Shown: positions 35,192-46,134, numbered from the stretch's first letter. The stretch is DNA of 64,000 bases from Rhodoluna sp. (GCF_024639375.1 NZ_JAHEIM010000003.1:19512-83511), one strand, 5' to 3'. Notes: generated from the letters alone by a model not told the origin. Numbers and translations: made by a program.

Positions 35192-35247
35192 ACAGTGGGC
35201 ATGCTCTAGGCTTGGGGAGTTTTCAAAGAGTAGATCAAGGAGCAGCA

Positions 35248-36204
35248 GTGGCGCTTAAGTTGCCGAGCCAGTGGGTTTGGGATTCATGGTTCGTATTTGA
35301 CGGTGAAAAACATCACGCCTTTTATCTGCAAGCGTCGCGAGCTCTTGGTGATCAAAATCGCCGCCACCGAAACGTGACTGTGGGCCATGCAATTTCTGAT
35401 GATCTTAAAAATTGGACAGTGGTTGCAGATGCAATTGCTCCATCTGAATCTCCAGCGCCAGATAGTTGGACCACATGGACTGGGTCAGTGGTTCAAAACG
35501 ATGACGGCGTTTGGTGGATGTTCTACACCGGCACTAGTCGTGAAGACGCGGGGGAGCGTCAGACTGTTTGCGCTGCAACTTCGACCGATCTAATGACCTG
35601 GACCAAGCTCGAGCAGCAGCCGATTGTTGCTGCCGATTCGCGTTGGTATAAAACTTTGGCAGCCGGTTTTGATAATGAACCCTTTAGAGATCCATGGGTA
35701 TTCAAATTGCCAGGTGAAGATACCTGGACCATGCTGACTACTGCGGGATCGATTGAAGCCAAGAGCCGTCGCGAAGAAGCCATCATGGGAGTGGCCAAAT
35801 CTAGCGATTTAAAAACTTGGCAAATTCAACCACCGTTGGGTGGCCCCGGTCAGGGTTTTGGCGAGACCGAAGTTTTTCAGTTTGAAATAGTCGACGGCAT
35901 TCCAATTTTGTTGTTCTGTTGCGGGCCACTTTGGCTCTCGGATGAGCGCAAAGCGAACGGCGAAATTGGCGGCGTTTACAGTCTTCCGGTAGCCGCAGAC
36001 CTATCCGATGTTGATTTCAACCGTGCGGTTTTGTTTCCAGACCTGCGTCTTTACGCTTCTCGATTGGTGCAAGACCGCCAGGGTGGCTGGAAGCTAATCG
36101 CATTCTTGAACAATGTAGATGGTGAATTCTTGGGGGAGCTTTGTGACCCGATTCCGGTGACCTCAGACTCCATCCTTGGGCTGGTACCTAAATCCCAGGC
36201 TTAA
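35248..36204 (+). CDS. clan GH-J (GH32/GH68-like) beta-fructosidase-type glycoside hydrolase, propeller domain only, cytoplasmic
   Basis: WVWDSW (nucleophile Asp), WTGSVV, FRDPWVF and a GETEVF acid/base candidate. AAGGAG-cagca-GTG start at 35248. The track start at 35176 would abut the tRNA. Confidence 0.7.
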   Translation: MALKLPSQWVWDSWFVFDGEKHHAFYLQASRALGDQNRRHRNVTVGHAISDDLKNWTVVADAIAPSESPAPDSWTTWTGSVVQNDDGVWWMFYTGTSREDAGERQTVCAATSTDLMTWTKLEQQPIVAADSRWYKTLAAGFDNEPFRDPWVFKLPGEDTWTMLTTAGSIEAKSRREEAIMGVAKSSDLKTWQIQPPLGGPGQGFGETEVFQFEIVDGIPILLFCCGPLWLSDERKANGEIGGVYSLPVAADLSDVDFNRAVLFPDLRLYASRLVQDRQGGWKLIAFLNNVDGEFLGELCDPIPVTSDSILGLVPKSQA

Positions 36205-36218
36205 TGTAAGCGTTTACA
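36205..36218. promoter_or_regulatory. LacI-family-type operator palindrome
   Basis: TGTAAGCGTTTACA, a 14-bp near-palindrome with central CG that fits TGnAAnCGnTTnCA. Lies directly after the GH stop and upstream of the binding-protein gene. Confidence 0.5.
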
Positions 36219-36288
36219 AATCGTTATCTTAAATCGACCTTTTCTTTACCATTTCGTGTTTTTCTCTGGCTAGTCTGGCTCTGCACAT

Positions 36289-36306
36289 TGAAAGTAACCG
36301 CTTTCA
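36289..36306. promoter_or_regulatory. second inverted repeat upstream of the binding-protein gene
   Basis: TGAAAG-taaccg-CTTTCA, 6-bp arms, 27 nt upstream of ATG 36333. Confidence 0.3.
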
Positions 36307-36332
36307 GTGTTTCTTTGAAAGGACTATTGAGT

Positions 36333-37628
36333 ATGAAGCTAGGAATGAAGTTCCTATCAGTTGCAGCTATCTCAGCTCTAGCAGCGGTCTCACTTACCGG
36401 TTGTGCCGCAGGCGCACCAGAGGGTGACGGCAAAGTTACAATCTTCGGCGGATACGGTGAAGCGGATGCCAAGGCATTCCAGGCTTCTCTAGACGAGTTC
36501 GGTGCAGCAAACGGCATCGAGATCACCTTCACCTCTCTTGCATCATTCGACAAAGACATCAAGGTAAAGATCGAAGCTGGCCAGGAGCCAGACATCGCTC
36601 TTTGGCCACAGCCAGGTGGTCTTAAGGACCTTGCTGCAGACAACCTAGTTCCTCTAAAGGACGTAGTTGACGTAGCAGCAATCTCAAAGACTCTTGTTCC
36701 TGGTTGGGACACTCTTGCAGTTGTTGACGGTGACGTTTACGGTTTGCCAGTTTCAGCAAACATGAAGTCAATGGTTTTCTACAACCCAGCAGAATTCACC
36801 AAGCACGGCTACGCAGTTCCTACTACTGAGGCAGAGCTTGTAGCACTTGAGGCAAAGATCCAGGCTGACAAGGCTGGCTACCCATGGTGTGCAGGTATCG
36901 AATCTGGTGGCGCAACTGGTTGGGCATTCACCGACTGGATGGAACAGTACGTTCTTGACACCCTTGGTGGCGAAAAGTACGCACAGTGGGTTGCTGGAGA
37001 CATCGACTTCGCTTCACCTGAGATCACCGCAGCTGCTGACCTAGTTGCAAAGCGCTTGCTTGCTCCTGGTCAGGTTAACGGTGGCGGCGCTTCAATGGCT
37101 ACCGATGGTTTCGGTAACACCGCACCTCTATTCGAGACCGGTGGCCAGGCCAAGGGTCAGTGTTTCATGCTTCGCCAGGGTTCATTCATCACTGGTTTCT
37201 TCCCTGACAACATCAAGGCAGAGCTAGATGCACAGGACTACACCCACGCTGACGCATTCCCACTTCCTGCACCTGAGGGCGCAACTCAGGCTGTTCTTGG
37301 TGGCGGTGACCTAGCTGCTGTATTCGCTGGTCACGTTGACGCAGATGTCAAGAAGGTTGCTGAGTTCATCTACAGCACCAAGGTTGGCGAGAAGATGGTT
37401 TCTACTGGTGTTATCTCTCCACACAACGACTTCGACGTTGCTCTGTACCCGAACGCTCTAAACAAGAAGATCGGTGAGGCTATGGCCGGCGCTGCTCTAT
37501 TCGGTTTCGATGGTTCAGACCAGATGCCTTCAGAAGTTAACGCTGAGTTCTGGGCTGCAGGCACAGACTTTGTTGCTGGTAAGGCAACATGGGCTGAAGC
37601 TGCTGCTCGCATCGACTCAAAGTACTAA
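36333..37628 (+). CDS. ABC transporter sugar-binding lipoprotein (family 1 SBP)
   Basis: Lipobox LTGCAAG after a signal peptide. Family-1 extracellular solute-binding layout. Codon usage resembles that of the atp and rho genes. Confidence 0.85.
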   Translation: MKLGMKFLSVAAISALAAVSLTGCAAGAPEGDGKVTIFGGYGEADAKAFQASLDEFGAANGIEITFTSLASFDKDIKVKIEAGQEPDIALWPQPGGLKDLAADNLVPLKDVVDVAAISKTLVPGWDTLAVVDGDVYGLPVSANMKSMVFYNPAEFTKHGYAVPTTEAELVALEAKIQADKAGYPWCAGIESGGATGWAFTDWMEQYVLDTLGGEKYAQWVAGDIDFASPEITAAADLVAKRLLAPGQVNGGGASMATDGFGNTAPLFETGGQAKGQCFMLRQGSFITGFFPDNIKAELDAQDYTHADAFPLPAPEGATQAVLGGGDLAAVFAGHVDADVKKVAEFIYSTKVGEKMVSTGVISPHNDFDVALYPNALNKKIGEAMAGAALFGFDGSDQMPSEVNAEFWAAGTDFVAGKATWAEAAARIDSKY

Positions 37629-37674
37629 AACTGAACAAAGCTTTCTAGCAATAGAAAGTTATTGAGAAGTAACG

Positions 37675-37710
37675 CTGGCGGGGGCATTTGCCTCCGCCAG
37701 TGTTTTCTCT
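37675..37710 (+). terminator. intra-operon hairpin/attenuator between SBP and permease genes
   Basis: CTGGCGGGGGC-attt-GCCTCCGCCAG (one mismatch) followed by tgttttctct. Confidence 0.6.
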
Positions 37711-37756
37711 CAGAACTACACTTTGAACCATCGCAATAACGAAAACGGAGTATGGC

Positions 37757-38737
37757 ATGAGCGACATTATTGTTGGCATCGTTGCAATCATCTTGGGTGT
37801 TGCCGGTAGCTGGGCAATTTATTGGCTACTAGATTTCTTGGTTCGACTGCTCCCGGTTAAAACGCAAGAGAAGTTGAGAGCAATCTCCTTCTTGCTGCCA
37901 GCAGCGGTGCTGCTGATCGTAGTTTCGGTTCTTCCGTTTTTTCAAACCATCGCTTGGTCGTTCTTCGACAAGCGCGCAAAGAACTTCGTTGGCTTTGAGA
38001 ACTACGCCACGCTGTTCACCGATTCAAACTTTCTCGGCATTTTGCTTAACAACTTTTTGTGGGTTGCGTTTGTGCCTGCAATCACAGTGGGCTTCGGATT
38101 GGTCTTCGCGAACCTAGCCAACAACGTTGGCCCTAAGCGCGAAAAGATCATGAAGTCATTGATCTTCATGCCGATGTCAATTAGCTTTGTGGCCGCCGGA
38201 ACAATCTGGGGCTACCTATACGACTATCCGCCTCCGGGCCGCCCTCAGGTTGGTTTGCTCAACGCAGTTGTTGAAGCAGCCGGCGGCACCGCGCAGCCTT
38301 GGCTTTCAATCGACTCTGGTCGACTAAACAGCTTCTTGCTGATGATCGTCGTTATCTGGCTAAACGCTGGATTCTCTATGGTTATGTTGTCTGCAGCCAT
38401 CAAGGCGGTTCCAGAGGAGACCATCGAGGCGGCGCGCATCGACGGCGCAGGCCCTCTGAAAATTTTTATCAGCGTGATTGTTCCGCAAATTCGCGGCACC
38501 ATCATGTCGGTGTTTATCACCACCGTTATCGGTGTGATGAAGGTCTTCGACGTAGTGCTTGCGATGACTGGCGGTAACTTCAACACCAGCGTGCTTGGCT
38601 ACGAGTACTACCGACTTTTCTTCGTCGAGTCCAACATCGGTGGCTCTGCTGCCGTTGTCACAATCTTGTGTGTTTTGATTGCTCCGCTTATGTGGTTGCA
38701 AATTAAAACCGCTCGTCACCAGGAGGAAATCCGATGA
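37757..38737 (+). CDS. ABC sugar transporter permease (MalF/UgpA-like)
   Basis: Six TM segments with the EAA loop (EETIEAARIDGAGPLKIF). Confidence 0.88.
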   Translation: MSDIIVGIVAIILGVAGSWAIYWLLDFLVRLLPVKTQEKLRAISFLLPAAVLLIVVSVLPFFQTIAWSFFDKRAKNFVGFENYATLFTDSNFLGILLNNFLWVAFVPAITVGFGLVFANLANNVGPKREKIMKSLIFMPMSISFVAAGTIWGYLYDYPPPGRPQVGLLNAVVEAAGGTAQPWLSIDSGRLNSFLLMIVVIWLNAGFSMVMLSAAIKAVPEETIEAARIDGAGPLKIFISVIVPQIRGTIMSVFITTVIGVMKVFDVVLAMTGGNFNTSVLGYEYYRLFFVESNIGGSAAVVTILCVLIAPLMWLQIKTARHQEEIR

Positions 38738-39600
38738 ACAAGTTCTTTGCAGTTATTCGCAACTGGCGCTTGGGTTCAACGATCACTCTTGCGGTGCTAG
38801 TTGTTATTTGGTCGATGCCAACCGTAGGTTTGCTAGTCACTTCATTGCGTGACCGCGATGAAGCGGCGGCAACCGGCTGGTGGGAAGCGGTATTCAATCC
38901 GTTTGGTCAGATTTGGTCGCTCGACTCCTTCAATAAGGCAGTCGAAGGCGGAATGCTTGACTCGCTGCTCTACACGTTAGTGATCAGTATCCCGGCGACA
39001 ATCTTGCCTTTGGTAATTGCAGCTAACGCAGCATATGCATTCACCTTTATTGAGTTCAAGGGCCGCGAAATCATGTTCGCAAGCTTGGTTGCTCTCATGG
39101 TCTTGCCTTTGCAGTCAGCGCTGATTCCTGTTCTAAAGGGAATGGTTTGGCTAAAGAAGACCTTCGGCATCGAGTTGGTGGGCAACTTTGCCTCCGCCTG
39201 GATCGTGCACGCGGCGTTCGCGTTGCCATTGGCGATTTACATCCTGAGAAACTTCATGATGACCTTGCCAGTTTCGCTCATTGAAGCAGCACGCATCGAT
39301 GGCGCTAGCTACTACCAAATCTTCTGGAAGCTAATCATCCCGATGTCGGTTCCAGCGATTGCATCGTTTGCGATCTTCCAGTTCCTTTGGGTTTGGAACG
39401 ACTATTTGATTGCCTTCATCTTCGTTGGCGAACAAAAGTCGGTAATGACCTATAAGTTGCTTCGGCTTTTGGGTCAATACGGAGATGGTTGGCAAACCGT
39501 TGCAGCCGGCTCATTCATCTCGCTGGTTATTCCAGTAATTGTTTTCTTTGCTTTGCAGCGCTTCTTCGTTCGCGGACTAACCGCAGGTGCGGTGAAGTAA
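38734..39600 (+). CDS. ABC sugar transporter permease (MalG/UgpE-like)
   Basis: EAA loop (LIEAARIDGASYYQIFWK). ATGA overlap with the upstream permease. Confidence 0.88.
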   Translation: MNKFFAVIRNWRLGSTITLAVLVVIWSMPTVGLLVTSLRDRDEAAATGWWEAVFNPFGQIWSLDSFNKAVEGGMLDSLLYTLVISIPATILPLVIAANAAYAFTFIEFKGREIMFASLVALMVLPLQSALIPVLKGMVWLKKTFGIELVGNFASAWIVHAAFALPLAIYILRNFMMTLPVSLIEAARIDGASYYQIFWKLIIPMSVPAIASFAIFQFLWVWNDYLIAFIFVGEQKSVMTYKLLRLLGQYGDGWQTVAAGSFISLVIPVIVFFALQRFFVRGLTAGAVK

Positions 39601-39622
39601 AGCAGCCAAGCTTCAAACGAAC

Positions 39623-39668
39623 AAGGCGGTTGCCGGGGTCAAAAGGCTCTAGCAACCGCCTTTCTCGT
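39623..39668 (+). terminator. intrinsic terminator after the sugar ABC operon
   Basis: AAGGCGGTTGC-18 nt loop-GCAACCGCCTT followed by tctcgt. Confidence 0.6.
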
Positions 39669-39732
39669 ATGATTAGAGGTAAATCCTCGCAAGTGCAGGC
39701 CAGTTAGGCCTCGTTCTAATAAGGCCCCTTTT

Positions 39733-41391
39733 ATGACTCCTGCAGACTTATCTGCCGCAATCGTGCGCATCCTTGCTGCCTTGCAAGCTGATGGCAAGCT
39801 TGGCCCTGCAGATTTGCCTGCCGAAGTGGTCATCGAGCGCCCCAAAAACCGTGAACACGGCGACTGGGCTACAAACTGCGCAATGCAGCTTTCTGGCAAA
39901 TTTGGCACCAACCCTCGCGCGTTTGCCGAGCTGTTGGCTGCGCCGCTGGCTCAGGTAGCCGGCGTTAAAAAGGTAGACATTGCGGGCCCTGGTTTTATTA
40001 ACATCACTTTGGATGCCGCCGCGGCTGGCGAACTGGCAAAGAGCATCGTTGAAGCAGGCGAAAGCTTTGGCCGTGGCACCGACCTTGCCGGCGTCAAACT
40101 AAATCTTGAATTCGTTTCTGCAAACCCAACCGGCCCAATTCACATGGGTGGCACTCGCTGGGCTGCAGTGGGCGACTCGCTGGCTCGCGTTTTTGCGGCA
40201 CAGGGCGCAGAAGTCACTCGTGAGTACTACTTCAACGATCACGGTGCTCAGATTGATCGCTTTGCTCGTTCATTGTTGGCCAGGGCGCGCGGCGAAGCTG
40301 CACCTGAAGACGGCTACGGCGGCGCCTACATTCAAGAAATTGCCGACCGTGTTTTGGCCGAAACCGCCGCCGACCTATTGGCTCTTCCAGAAGCCGAGGC
40401 TCAAGAGGCATTCCGCGCAGCCGGCGTTGAATTGATGTTCCAGGAAATTCGCGAATCGCTGCACGACTTTGGCGTGGACTTCGACGTTTATTTTCACGAG
40501 AACTCGCTTTATGAATCTGGCGCGGTTGAAAAAGCAATCAATCGATTGCGCGAACTGGGTCACATCTTTGAAGAAGATGGCGCTATTTGGTTGCGCTCAA
40601 CCACCTTTGGTGACGACCGCGACCGCGTAATCATCAAGAGCGATGGCGAAGCTGCCTACATCGCGGGTGACATCGCCTATTACCTAGACAAGCGTGAGCG
40701 CGGTTTTGACCAGTGCATCTACATGCTTGGTGCCGACCACCACGGATACGTGCCGCGCATGATGGCTTTGTGTGCAGCGTTTGGCGATCAACCTGGTTTG
40801 AATCTTGAAATTCTTATTGGTCAGATGGTGAATCTAGTTCAAAACGGTGAGCCGGTTCGCATGTCAAAACGTGCGGGCACAGTGGTGACCATGGAAGACC
40901 TAGTTTCAGTAGTTGGTGTCGATGCAGCTCGATATGCACTTGCGCGCTCTTCAATCAACTCGCAACTAGACATCGATCTTGAGCAATTGCAAAAGAAGAC
41001 CAACGACAATCCAGTGTTCTACGTGCAATATGCACACGCGCGCACTGCACAGGTTGCTAAGAACGCGGCGAGCCTCGGCGTTGACCGCAGCGAGTTTGAT
41101 CCGAGCTTGCTAACTCACGCAACCGAGTCTGAGCTGCTGGCCAAGCTAATTGAATTGCCTCGAGTAATGGCTCATGCAGCAGAGTTCCGTGAGCCGCACC
41201 GTGTTGCTCGCTATGTAGAAGAAGTTGCTGGCGCCTACCACCGTTGGTATGACGCCTGCCGCGTCACTCCGTTGGCCGAAACTCCGGTTGAAACCGTGCA
41301 CCGCACCCGCCTGTGGCTAAACGACGCCGCCGGGGTAGTGCTTCGCAATGGTTTGGCCGTGCTTGGTGTTAGCGCACCGGAGAGGATGTAA
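39733..41391 (+). CDS. argS: arginine--tRNA ligase
   Basis: Class I HIGH-type motif [12 protein letters not shown], an MSKRAG (KMSK-like) motif, and a C-terminal anticodon-binding domain. Confidence 0.95.
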   Translation: MTPADLSAAIVRILAALQADGKLGPADLPAEVVIERPKNREHGDWATNCAMQLSGKFGTNPRAFAELLAAPLAQVAGVKKVDIAGPGFINITLDAAAAGELAKSIVEAGESFGRGTDLAGVKLNLEFVSANPTGPIHMGGTRWAAVGDSLARVFAAQGAEVTREYYFNDHGAQIDRFARSLLARARGEAAPEDGYGGAYIQEIADRVLAETAADLLALPEAEAQEAFRAAGVELMFQEIRESLHDFGVDFDVYFHENSLYESGAVEKAINRLRELGHIFEEDGAIWLRSTTFGDDRDRVIIKSDGEAAYIAGDIAYYLDKRERGFDQCIYMLGADHHGYVPRMMALCAAFGDQPGLNLEILIGQMVNLVQNGEPVRMSKRAGTVVTMEDLVSVVGVDAARYALARSSINSQLDIDLEQLQKKTNDNPVFYVQYAHARTAQVAKNAASLGVDRSEFDPSLLTHATESELLAKLIELPRVMAHAAEFREPHRVARYVEEVAGAYHRWYDACRVTPLAETPVETVHRTRLWLNDAAGVVLRNGLAVLGVSAPERM

Positions 41392-41393
41392 TC

Positions 41394-42809
41394 GTGTCAA
41401 ATCCGCTTGCACCTAATTGGTTGAACCAACCGGCAGACGTGAACGCCGTTGATGAAAAAGTTTGGCCGCGTCACACCAAGCGTCGCGCTACCGGCGAACT
41501 TGAGATTGCTGGCGTTGCGGTTAGCGAACTAACCACTCAGTTCGGCACACCTCTTTATGTAATCGACGAGGATGATTTTCGCGCGCGTGCTACCGCTGCC
41601 CGAAACGCGCTAACCGATGCTGCAAAGAAAATTGGCACTGAAGCCAAGGTCTACTACGCGAGCAAGGCATTCCTTTCAACCGAGATTGTTGGCTGGATCG
41701 ACGAACTTGGTTTGAACATTGACGTTGCATCTGGTGGCGAACTTGCTGCTGCCCTTGCTGGCGGCATCGATGCCAACCGCATCGGCTTGCACGGCAACAA
41801 CAAATCGCTTTTTGAAATCGGTCGTGCTGTGACCGCAGGCGTTGGCGCTATCGTCATCGATTCAGAAATCGAGATCGAGCGCATTGCATCGGCGGCCGGC
41901 GCACAAGACAAAGTGCAGGGAGTTCGCCTGCGTGTTAACACAGGCGTGCACGCCAACACTCACGACTTTTTGGCTACTGCACGTGAAGACCAAAAGTTTG
42001 GCATCGCACTTGCCGATGCAGCTGCTTTGGTTGCAAAAATCCGTTCGCACTCTCACTTGAAGTTTTTGGGATTACACCAGCACGTTGGCTCGCAAATTTA
42101 TGCCGTTGAAGGTTTTGTTGAATCAACCAAGCGACTAATTGAATTGCACGCCCAACTATTGGCCGGCGGAGAAATTCCTGAGATCAACCTTGGTGGCGGC
42201 TTTGGCATCAACTACAAGCCAGGCGACAAGGCTCCAAACATCGGATACTTTGCCGACGCCATCACTGCGATCGTCGCCGAGGAATGTGCCAAGCACAAAA
42301 TCTCAGTGCCGAAGCTGGCCTTCGAGCCTGGTCGATTCATCGCCGGCAACCCTGGCATCACGCTTTATAACGTGGGCACGATTAAAGAAGTAAAGGTCAC
42401 CGACGGAGCCAGCCCAGCGGTTCGCAAATATGTTTCGGTTGATGGCGGCATGAGCGACAACGCCCGCCCGGCCTTATACGAAGCGGAATATCACACTCTT
42501 TTGGCCTCTCGCAGCAGTGATGCGGCCCCAGCTTTGTCGCGTGTAGTTGGCAAGCACTGTGAAAGTGGCGATATTGTTGTACGCAATGACTATCTGCCTG
42601 CAGATGTTCAGCCAAATGATCTTCTAGCGGTAGCTGCCACCGGCGCCTATTGCTACTCGCTGTCGAGCAATTACAACTTCTTGACACGACCGCCAGTGGT
42701 TGCAGTGCGCAACGGCCAGGCGCGATTGATTATCCGCGGTGAAACAGAAGCAGATTTGTTCAGCAGAGATTTGAAGTACCAGGCAACACAAAAGAATGAG
42801 AAGAGTTAA
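41394..42809 (+). CDS. lysA: diaminopimelate decarboxylase
   Basis: PLP Lys context YYASKAF, plus HQHVGSQ, EPGRFIAG and CESGD motifs. GTG start. Confidence 0.93.
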   Translation: MSNPLAPNWLNQPADVNAVDEKVWPRHTKRRATGELEIAGVAVSELTTQFGTPLYVIDEDDFRARATAARNALTDAAKKIGTEAKVYYASKAFLSTEIVGWIDELGLNIDVASGGELAAALAGGIDANRIGLHGNNKSLFEIGRAVTAGVGAIVIDSEIEIERIASAAGAQDKVQGVRLRVNTGVHANTHDFLATAREDQKFGIALADAAALVAKIRSHSHLKFLGLHQHVGSQIYAVEGFVESTKRLIELHAQLLAGGEIPEINLGGGFGINYKPGDKAPNIGYFADAITAIVAEECAKHKISVPKLAFEPGRFIAGNPGITLYNVGTIKEVKVTDGASPAVRKYVSVDGGMSDNARPALYEAEYHTLLASRSSDAAPALSRVVGKHCESGDIVVRNDYLPADVQPNDLLAVAATGAYCYSLSSNYNFLTRPPVVAVRNGQARLIIRGETEADLFSRDLKYQATQKNEKS

Positions 42810-42812
42810 CTG

Positions 42813-44132
42813 ATGGAAGAATATCGTCCGCTGCGCGTTGCGTTGCTGGGTGCCGGTTCAGTAGGTTCTCAAGTTGCGCGCTTGCTAATCGAAAATAAGG
42901 CCGAACTTGCTGCCCGTGTTGGCGCCGAGCTTGAACTAGTTGGCATTGCCGTGCGTGACATCAACTCACCTCGCAATGCAGGCGTGCCTCGTGAATTGCT
43001 AACCACCGACGCCGAGCCACTCATTTTGGGTGCTGACATCGTGGTTGAAGTTATGGGTGGCATTGAGCCAGCCCGCACTTACATTCTTCAGGCTTTGAAC
43101 TCTGGCTCAGATGTGGTCACTGCCAACAAGGCGCTGTTGGCAAGTCACGGCACCGAGTTGTTTGATGCAGCCGAGCAGGTTGGCGCGCAGCTTTATTTCG
43201 AAGCAGCAGTTGCCGGTGCAATTCCGATCATCCGCCCGCTTCGCGAATCTCTAGCCGGTGACAAGGTCAACCGCATCATGGGAATTGTGAACGGAACCAC
43301 AAACTACATTCTTGACCGCATGGACACCACCGGTGCTTCATTCGAGTCTGCATTGGCTGAGGCAACTGCACTTGGTTATGCAGAGGCAGACCCAACCGCA
43401 GACATCGAAGCTTTTGACGCTGCACAGAAGGCTGCAATTCTTGCTTACCTTGCTTTCCACACCGAGGTGCCACTAGACAAGGTTTACCGCGAAGGCATCA
43501 CCAAGATCACCGCTCAGCAGATGGCTGCTGCTCAGCGCGATGGTTATGTAATTAAGTTGCTTGCAATTTGTGAGCGCGTTCCTGCGGATGAAAACGGTGA
43601 GTCAGGCGTTTCAGTTCGCGTGCACCCTGCGCTGATTGAGCGCGAGCACCCACTTGCTGCTGTGCACGGTGCGTTTAACGCTGTGTTCGTTGAGGCAGAA
43701 TCTGCCGGCCAACTTATGTTCTACGGTGCTGGCGCCGGTGGAGTGCAGACCGCATCCGCAGTTTTGGGTGACCTAGTATCTGCTGCCAAGCGTCACGTTG
43801 CCGGTGGCCCTGGTCTTGCTGACTCAGTGCACGCCAACTTGCCAATCTTGCCGATTGACCGTGCCTACACTCGCTACCAAATCACACTTGAGGTCACCGA
43901 CCAGCCGGGTGTGCTTGCCAAGGTTGCAAACATTTTTGCCGACCACCAGGTCTCAATCGAAACCGTTGAGCAAGCGGTTCGTGAAAAAGACGGCAGCATG
44001 CGCCCAACCGCTTACCTTGAGGTTGGCACACACGAGGCCACCGAAGCATCGCTTCGTGCAGTGGTCGAATCTCTTGCAGAAAGCGACAGCGTTGCATCTA
44101 TTACTTCAGTCATTCGAGTAGAAGGAATCTAA
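42813..44132 (+). CDS. hom: homoserine dehydrogenase
   Basis: Rossmann motif [11 protein letters not shown], the catalytic domain, and a C-terminal ACT domain. Confidence 0.93.
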   Translation: MEEYRPLRVALLGAGSVGSQVARLLIENKAELAARVGAELELVGIAVRDINSPRNAGVPRELLTTDAEPLILGADIVVEVMGGIEPARTYILQALNSGSDVVTANKALLASHGTELFDAAEQVGAQLYFEAAVAGAIPIIRPLRESLAGDKVNRIMGIVNGTTNYILDRMDTTGASFESALAEATALGYAEADPTADIEAFDAAQKAAILAYLAFHTEVPLDKVYREGITKITAQQMAAAQRDGYVIKLLAICERVPADENGESGVSVRVHPALIEREHPLAAVHGAFNAVFVEAESAGQLMFYGAGAGGVQTASAVLGDLVSAAKRHVAGGPGLADSVHANLPILPIDRAYTRYQITLEVTDQPGVLAKVANIFADHQVSIETVEQAVREKDGSMRPTAYLEVGTHEATEASLRAVVESLAESDSVASITSVIRVEGI

Positions 44133-45214
44133 TGGCCCACCAATGGCGCGGAGTTATCCGCGAATATTTCGACCGTCTAGACATCACCGCGGATAACCCG
44201 GTGATCACCCTTGGTGAAGGTGGCACGCCTTTGGTTGAGGCTCCTGCACTTGCCAAGTTGGTTGGCGCCGAGCGCGTGCTGCTAAAGGTTGAGGGCATGA
44301 ACCCAACCGGTTCATTCAAAGACCGCGGCATGACCATGGCGGTTTCAAAAGCTGTAGGTCACGGTGCGCAGGCAGTTATTGCTGCATCTACCGGAAACAC
44401 TTCAGCTTCAGCTGCAGCCTATGCCGCAGCGGCCGGAATTCAGTCAGTGGTTTTGGTGCCAAAGGGCAAAATTTCACTTGGAAAGCTAAGTCAGGCCGTT
44501 GCTCACAAGGCCCAGATTCTGCAGGTTAAAGGCAACTTCGATGACTGCCTCGACTTGGCTCGCGATCTAGCGGCAAACTACCCAGTGCACCTAGTGAACT
44601 CGGTTAACCCAGACCGCATCGAAGGTCAGAAGACCGGCGCATTCGAAGTTGTTGACGCACTTGGTTTCGCACCTGACTTTCACGTGCTGCCAGTTGGCAA
44701 CGCCGGAAACTACACCGCTTATTCAAAGGGCTACGCCGAAGATCTAACCGCTGGTCGCATCAAGGCATTGCCAAAGATGTGGGGTTTCCAGGCTGAGGGT
44801 TCAGCTCCGTTTACATTCGGCAACCCGGTTAAGAAGCCTGACACCATTGCAACTGCAATTCGCATTGGCAACCCAGCTTCATATGACCTTGCTCTTGCCG
44901 CTCGTGAATCAACCGGTGGTCAATTTGGTTATGCGTCTGACAAAGAAATTCTTTGGATGCACCGCTTCTTGTCACAAGAAGTTGGCGTGTTTGTTGAACC
45001 GTCATCGGCAACCGGTGCAGCTGGTTTGTTCAAGCACTCAAAACTTGGTGAAGTTCCTGCCGGTTCAACCATCGTTGTCACTGTGACTGGTCACGGTTTG
45101 AAAGACCCGATGTGGGCCCTTAAGACCGAGAGCGGCAAAGACATCAAACCTCAAGCCGTTGCCAACAAGGTTGAAGCCGTAGCCGAGCGCTTGGGTCTGG
45201 TTAAAAACAGCTAA
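44132..45214 (+). CDS. thrC: threonine synthase
   Basis: PLP Lys motif [12 protein letters not shown] and ASTGNTSAS. Confidence 0.95.
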   Translation: MAHQWRGVIREYFDRLDITADNPVITLGEGGTPLVEAPALAKLVGAERVLLKVEGMNPTGSFKDRGMTMAVSKAVGHGAQAVIAASTGNTSASAAAYAAAAGIQSVVLVPKGKISLGKLSQAVAHKAQILQVKGNFDDCLDLARDLAANYPVHLVNSVNPDRIEGQKTGAFEVVDALGFAPDFHVLPVGNAGNYTAYSKGYAEDLTAGRIKALPKMWGFQAEGSAPFTFGNPVKKPDTIATAIRIGNPASYDLALAARESTGGQFGYASDKEILWMHRFLSQEVGVFVEPSSATGAAGLFKHSKLGEVPAGSTIVVTVTGHGLKDPMWALKTESGKDIKPQAVANKVEAVAERLGLVKNS

Positions 45215-46134
45215 TGACTTCACTCATCGGTCGCAAAGTTACGGTGCGGGTTCCGGCAACGTCGGCAAACCTTGGCCCAGGCTTTGACACTCTAGGAATG
45301 GCTCTGTCTTACTACGACGAGCTAGAAGTAGAGGCCGTGGCCAGTGAAGGCGCATTCGTTGAAGTGCACGGTGAAGGCGCGGGGGATGTGCCAACCGACG
45401 CTAGCAACTTGGTAGTGCAGTCAATCGCATTCACTTTTAAGAAGTTTGGTCAGACCTTGCCGGGGTTGAAGCTGACTGCTCACAACATCATTCCTCACGG
45501 CCGTGGCATGGGTTCATCTGGTGCCGCAGTAGTTTCTGGAATCGTTGCAGCCAAGGGTTTGCTCGACGGCATCGTTGAAATTCACGATCAAGATTTGCTC
45601 AACATAGCCACCGAACTTGAAGGTCACCCAGACAACGTTGCTCCCGCACTATTCGGTGGCTTGACCATCGCCTGGGAAGACGAGTCTGGCCCACACCACA
45701 AGAAGCTCTTTGTGCACCGTGGTGTTTCACCGCTTGAGCTGGTTCCAAGCCACAAGATGTCAACCGCCTTGGCTCGCTCACTTCAGCCAGATTCAGTGCC
45801 TCACGATGACGCCGTTTTTAACGTTTCTCGTTCGGCTCTTTTGATTGCCGCACTGACACAAAGCCCAGAACTGTTGCTTGCTGCAACCGAAGACCGTTTG
45901 CACCAGGATTACCGCGCCGCGGCCATGCCGGAGACCGATGCCATTGTGAAGCTGATGCGCGAGCACGGCCACGCAGCGGTGGTTTCAGGTGCTGGCCCAT
46001 CGGTGTTGGTTCTGGCCAGCGACCCTGCAGAACGCCTAGAAGCCGCCAAACTAGCCGAGACACACTATCCGCAGTGGAAGGCATTGCTGTTGGCGGTCGA
46101 CTTCAAAGGTGCTACTGTAGTACTGCATCGATAG
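45214..46134 (+). CDS. thrB: homoserine kinase
   Basis: PATSANLGPGFD and the GHMP motif GRGMGSSGAA. Confidence 0.93.
   Translation: MTSLIGRKVTVRVPATSANLGPGFDTLGMALSYYDELEVEAVASEGAFVEVHGEGAGDVPTDASNLVVQSIAFTFKKFGQTLPGLKLTAHNIIPHGRGMGSSGAAVVSGIVAAKGLLDGIVEIHDQDLLNIATELEGHPDNVAPALFGGLTIAWEDESGPHHKKLFVHRGVSPLELVPSHKMSTALARSLQPDSVPHDDAVFNVSRSALLIAALTQSPELLLAATEDRLHQDYRAAAMPETDAIVKLMREHGHAAVVSGAGPSVLVLASDPAERLEAAKLAETHYPQWKALLLAVDFKGATVVLHR

Noticed and set aside
36224-36712. 162-aa minus-strand ORF antisense to the sugar-binding protein gene. Other long antisense ORFs of the same kind include 3084-3650, 4998-5432, 21545-21997, 31515-31970 and 49042-49419.
   Set aside because: These are typical antisense open frames of codon-biased genes. 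Each overlaps a confidently identified gene on the other strand, and none has start signals.
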